Shown here: piece by piece, positions 62,164 through 63,580 of the stretch | How positions within the stretch are numbered: position 1 is the stretch's first letter | How the letters are laid out: every line of letters begins with the position of its first letter | Source of the DNA: Bacteroidota bacterium | GTDB taxonomy: Bacteria > Bacteroidota > Bacteroidia > Flavobacteriales_D > JABDKJ01 | DNA length: 63,580 bases | Reading direction: 5' to 3' | Assembly (NCBI GenBank): GCA_039028335.1 | Contig: JBCCIF010000004.1 | Span: forward strand, 1-63,580 | Translations under genes and position numbers: made by a program | Notes under the pieces: model-generated | Databases searched by the model: none | Told to the model about the DNA's origin: nothing | What the model saw: only the letters and a program-made list of their open reading frames with translations

Positions 62164-62277
62164 TCAAGTAGGTTAAATGAGATAAGAAATTTGCTCTGGT
62201 TTTGGCATTTTCAATCAATTGAAAGACTAAGGGCGCAAATTTAGAATTTTTAAAATGACCCGTTTTAGACATTATTA

Positions 62278-63580
62278 ATGGAGTTTGTAGACATCGTTTC
62301 GACTTTGGCTTATAGCACATTAATTCTTTTGATTGCTTTGGTCATAAGACAGCTGAATAAGCATTCTATATTTTATCGCAAATACTTTATTCCAGGTTTA
62401 CTGGTAAAGATTATCGGGGCAATCTCTTTTGTTTCCATCTATACTTTTTACTACAACTATGGAGGAGACGCAAGTACTTATTTTCACGATGCCCAAATAC
62501 TTTCTGGTTTATTCGTTGAAGACCCCATCAATTACATTAGGTTGCTTTTTGGCGATCAAGATTATGTCAATACCAAATTCTATACTATCGTAAATCAGAC
62601 CTATTACAAACCCGGGCAAACAGAATGGTTCACGTCTAAATTTGCCAGTATGGTATCATTTATTGGCATGGGAAATTACTTGGCCTCAACGGTGATCTTT
62701 TCTTGTCTAAGTTATATTGGAATATGGAATTTGTTTTTAGTCTTTTCAAGGAGATACCCGGCTATTCATTCGAAATTGGCTTTTGCCATTTTATTCGTTC
62801 CTAGCGTGTTTTTTTGGGGTTCAGGAATAACAAAAGATAGTATTGTAATTGGCTTTTTAGGTCTTTTAATTTTCCATGCCGATAAGCTCATTAGGCTGAA
62901 AGGATTCAGAAGGTTTCCTTCGATCGTTGTAACATTAATAAGCTCATATATCATATTCAATACAAAGGCCTATGTTATTATGAGTTTGTTACCTGCTATT
63001 CTTCTTTGGGTCGTTATGTCGTATAGAGATCGTATCAAGAACCCACTCATAAGAAAAACAATTGTCCCCTTCCTTTTGCTTTTTCTTGGTGTTACAGTTG
63101 CAGCAACAATACAATTCTTAGGTTCTTATTCTTCAAAATACTCACTTGACAATGTGCTTTCAACCGCGCAAGGAATGCAAAGCTGGCATCAGGTTCAAAC
63201 CCATACCTTGACAAATGTAGGTAGAGGTTCTAGTTACAATCTGGGAGAATACGATGAAACAATTTTTGGGATTATCAAAATGGCTCCTGCATCAATAAAC
63301 GTCACTCTATTTAGACCCTATCCTACTGAGGTCAACAGTGTAGTAATGGCAATGGCATCAGTTGAAAGCATGATCATATTCTTAGCGAGTTTATATGTAT
63401 TTATCGGCTTAGGACTGTTTCGAATTCCAAAAATAATCAATAGGGATGCCTTCCTCCTGATGGCTTTGAGCTTTTCATTGTTCTTTGCCTTTGCAGTAGG
63501 ATTCAGCAGTTATAATTTTGGAGCATTAGTGAGATATAAAATCCCTTGTATTCCTCTATTTGTGGCTTCTCTGTTTATCC
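62278..63580 (+). CDS. Polytopic membrane protein, 3'-truncated by the window edge (possible polysaccharide polymerase or GT-C-like enzyme)
   Basis: Not in the supplied ORF track because it has no stop codon in the window. By hand translation, the ATG at 62278 (in-frame TAG at 62266) opens 434 stop-free codons running to position 63580. The product is very hydrophobic with ~10 or more predicted helices (MEFVDIVSTLAYSTLILLIALV...), and the gene is divergent from the GT genes. Confidence 0.6.
   Translation, partial: MEFVDIVSTLAYSTLILLIALVIRQLNKHSIFYRKYFIPGLLVKIIGAISFVSIYTFYYNYGGDASTYFHDAQILSGLFVEDPINYIRLLFGDQDYVNTKFYTIVNQTYYKPGQTEWFTSKFASMVSFIGMGNYLASTVIFSCLSYIGIWNLFLVFSRRYPAIHSKLAFAILFVPSVFFWGSGITKDSIVIGFLGLLIFHADKLIRLKGFRRFPSIVVTLISSYIIFNTKAYVIMSLLPAILLWVVMSYRDRIKNPLIRKTIVPFLLLFLGVTVAATIQFLGSYSSKYSLDNVLSTAQGMQSWHQVQTHTLTNVGRGSSYNLGEYDETIFGIIKMAPASINVTLFRPYPTEVNSVVMAMASVESMIIFLASLYVFIGLGLFRIPKIINRDAFLLMALSFSLFFAFAVGFSSYNFGALVRYKIPCIPLFVASLFI

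Overview
AT-rich chromosomal segment from a member of the Bacteroidota, probably Flavobacteriia-like. It is densely packed with core genes. No CRISPR array, transposase, integrase or prophage signature was seen. Gene order from left to right: (1) a T9SS-cargo Asp-box protein, a UbiA prenyltransferase and an OmpR/histidine-kinase pair. (2) A minus-strand block miaB, sigma-54 activator, lptE-like, hypothetical, secG, then groES-groEL and a DUF4494-like gene. (3) topA, an arginase-fold protein, then the T9SS/gliding core porP/sprF-gldK-gldL-gldM-gldN. (4) era and the initiator tRNA-Met. (5) A complete minus-strand dcw cluster: mraZ-rsmH-ftsL-ftsI-murE-mraY-murD-[two extra ORFs]-ftsW-murG-murC-ftsQ-ftsA-ftsZ-yqeY. 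(6) A hydrolase, engB, a LytTR regulator, gldC-gldB, nadE, a T9SS-cargo esterase, nifU-like/mrp and tRNA-Ser. (7) An exbB cluster with four exbD-family genes. (8) A metH that lacks the homocysteine-binding domain, followed by nth. (9) A glycan-synthesis cluster (galE, three GT4 glycosyltransferases, a methyltransferase and a polytopic membrane protein running off the 3' edge). The most unusual feature is a pair of tandem, intact ORFs inside the dcw operon, between murD and ftsW. Each encodes only a MurD C-terminal (domain 3) homologue plus a short shared N-terminal helix. Secondary observations: a phased four-repeat MraZ-box array at the dcw promoter; a sigma-54-type -24/-12 element in front of groES, downstream of a sensor-less sigma-54 activator; an arginase-fold protein with degenerate metal ligands next to the T9SS core; a duplicated long-ExbD/short-ExbD module with no TonB; and an endonuclease III without Fe-S cysteines. 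All functional calls rest on my recognition of protein motifs and synteny. No database search was run.
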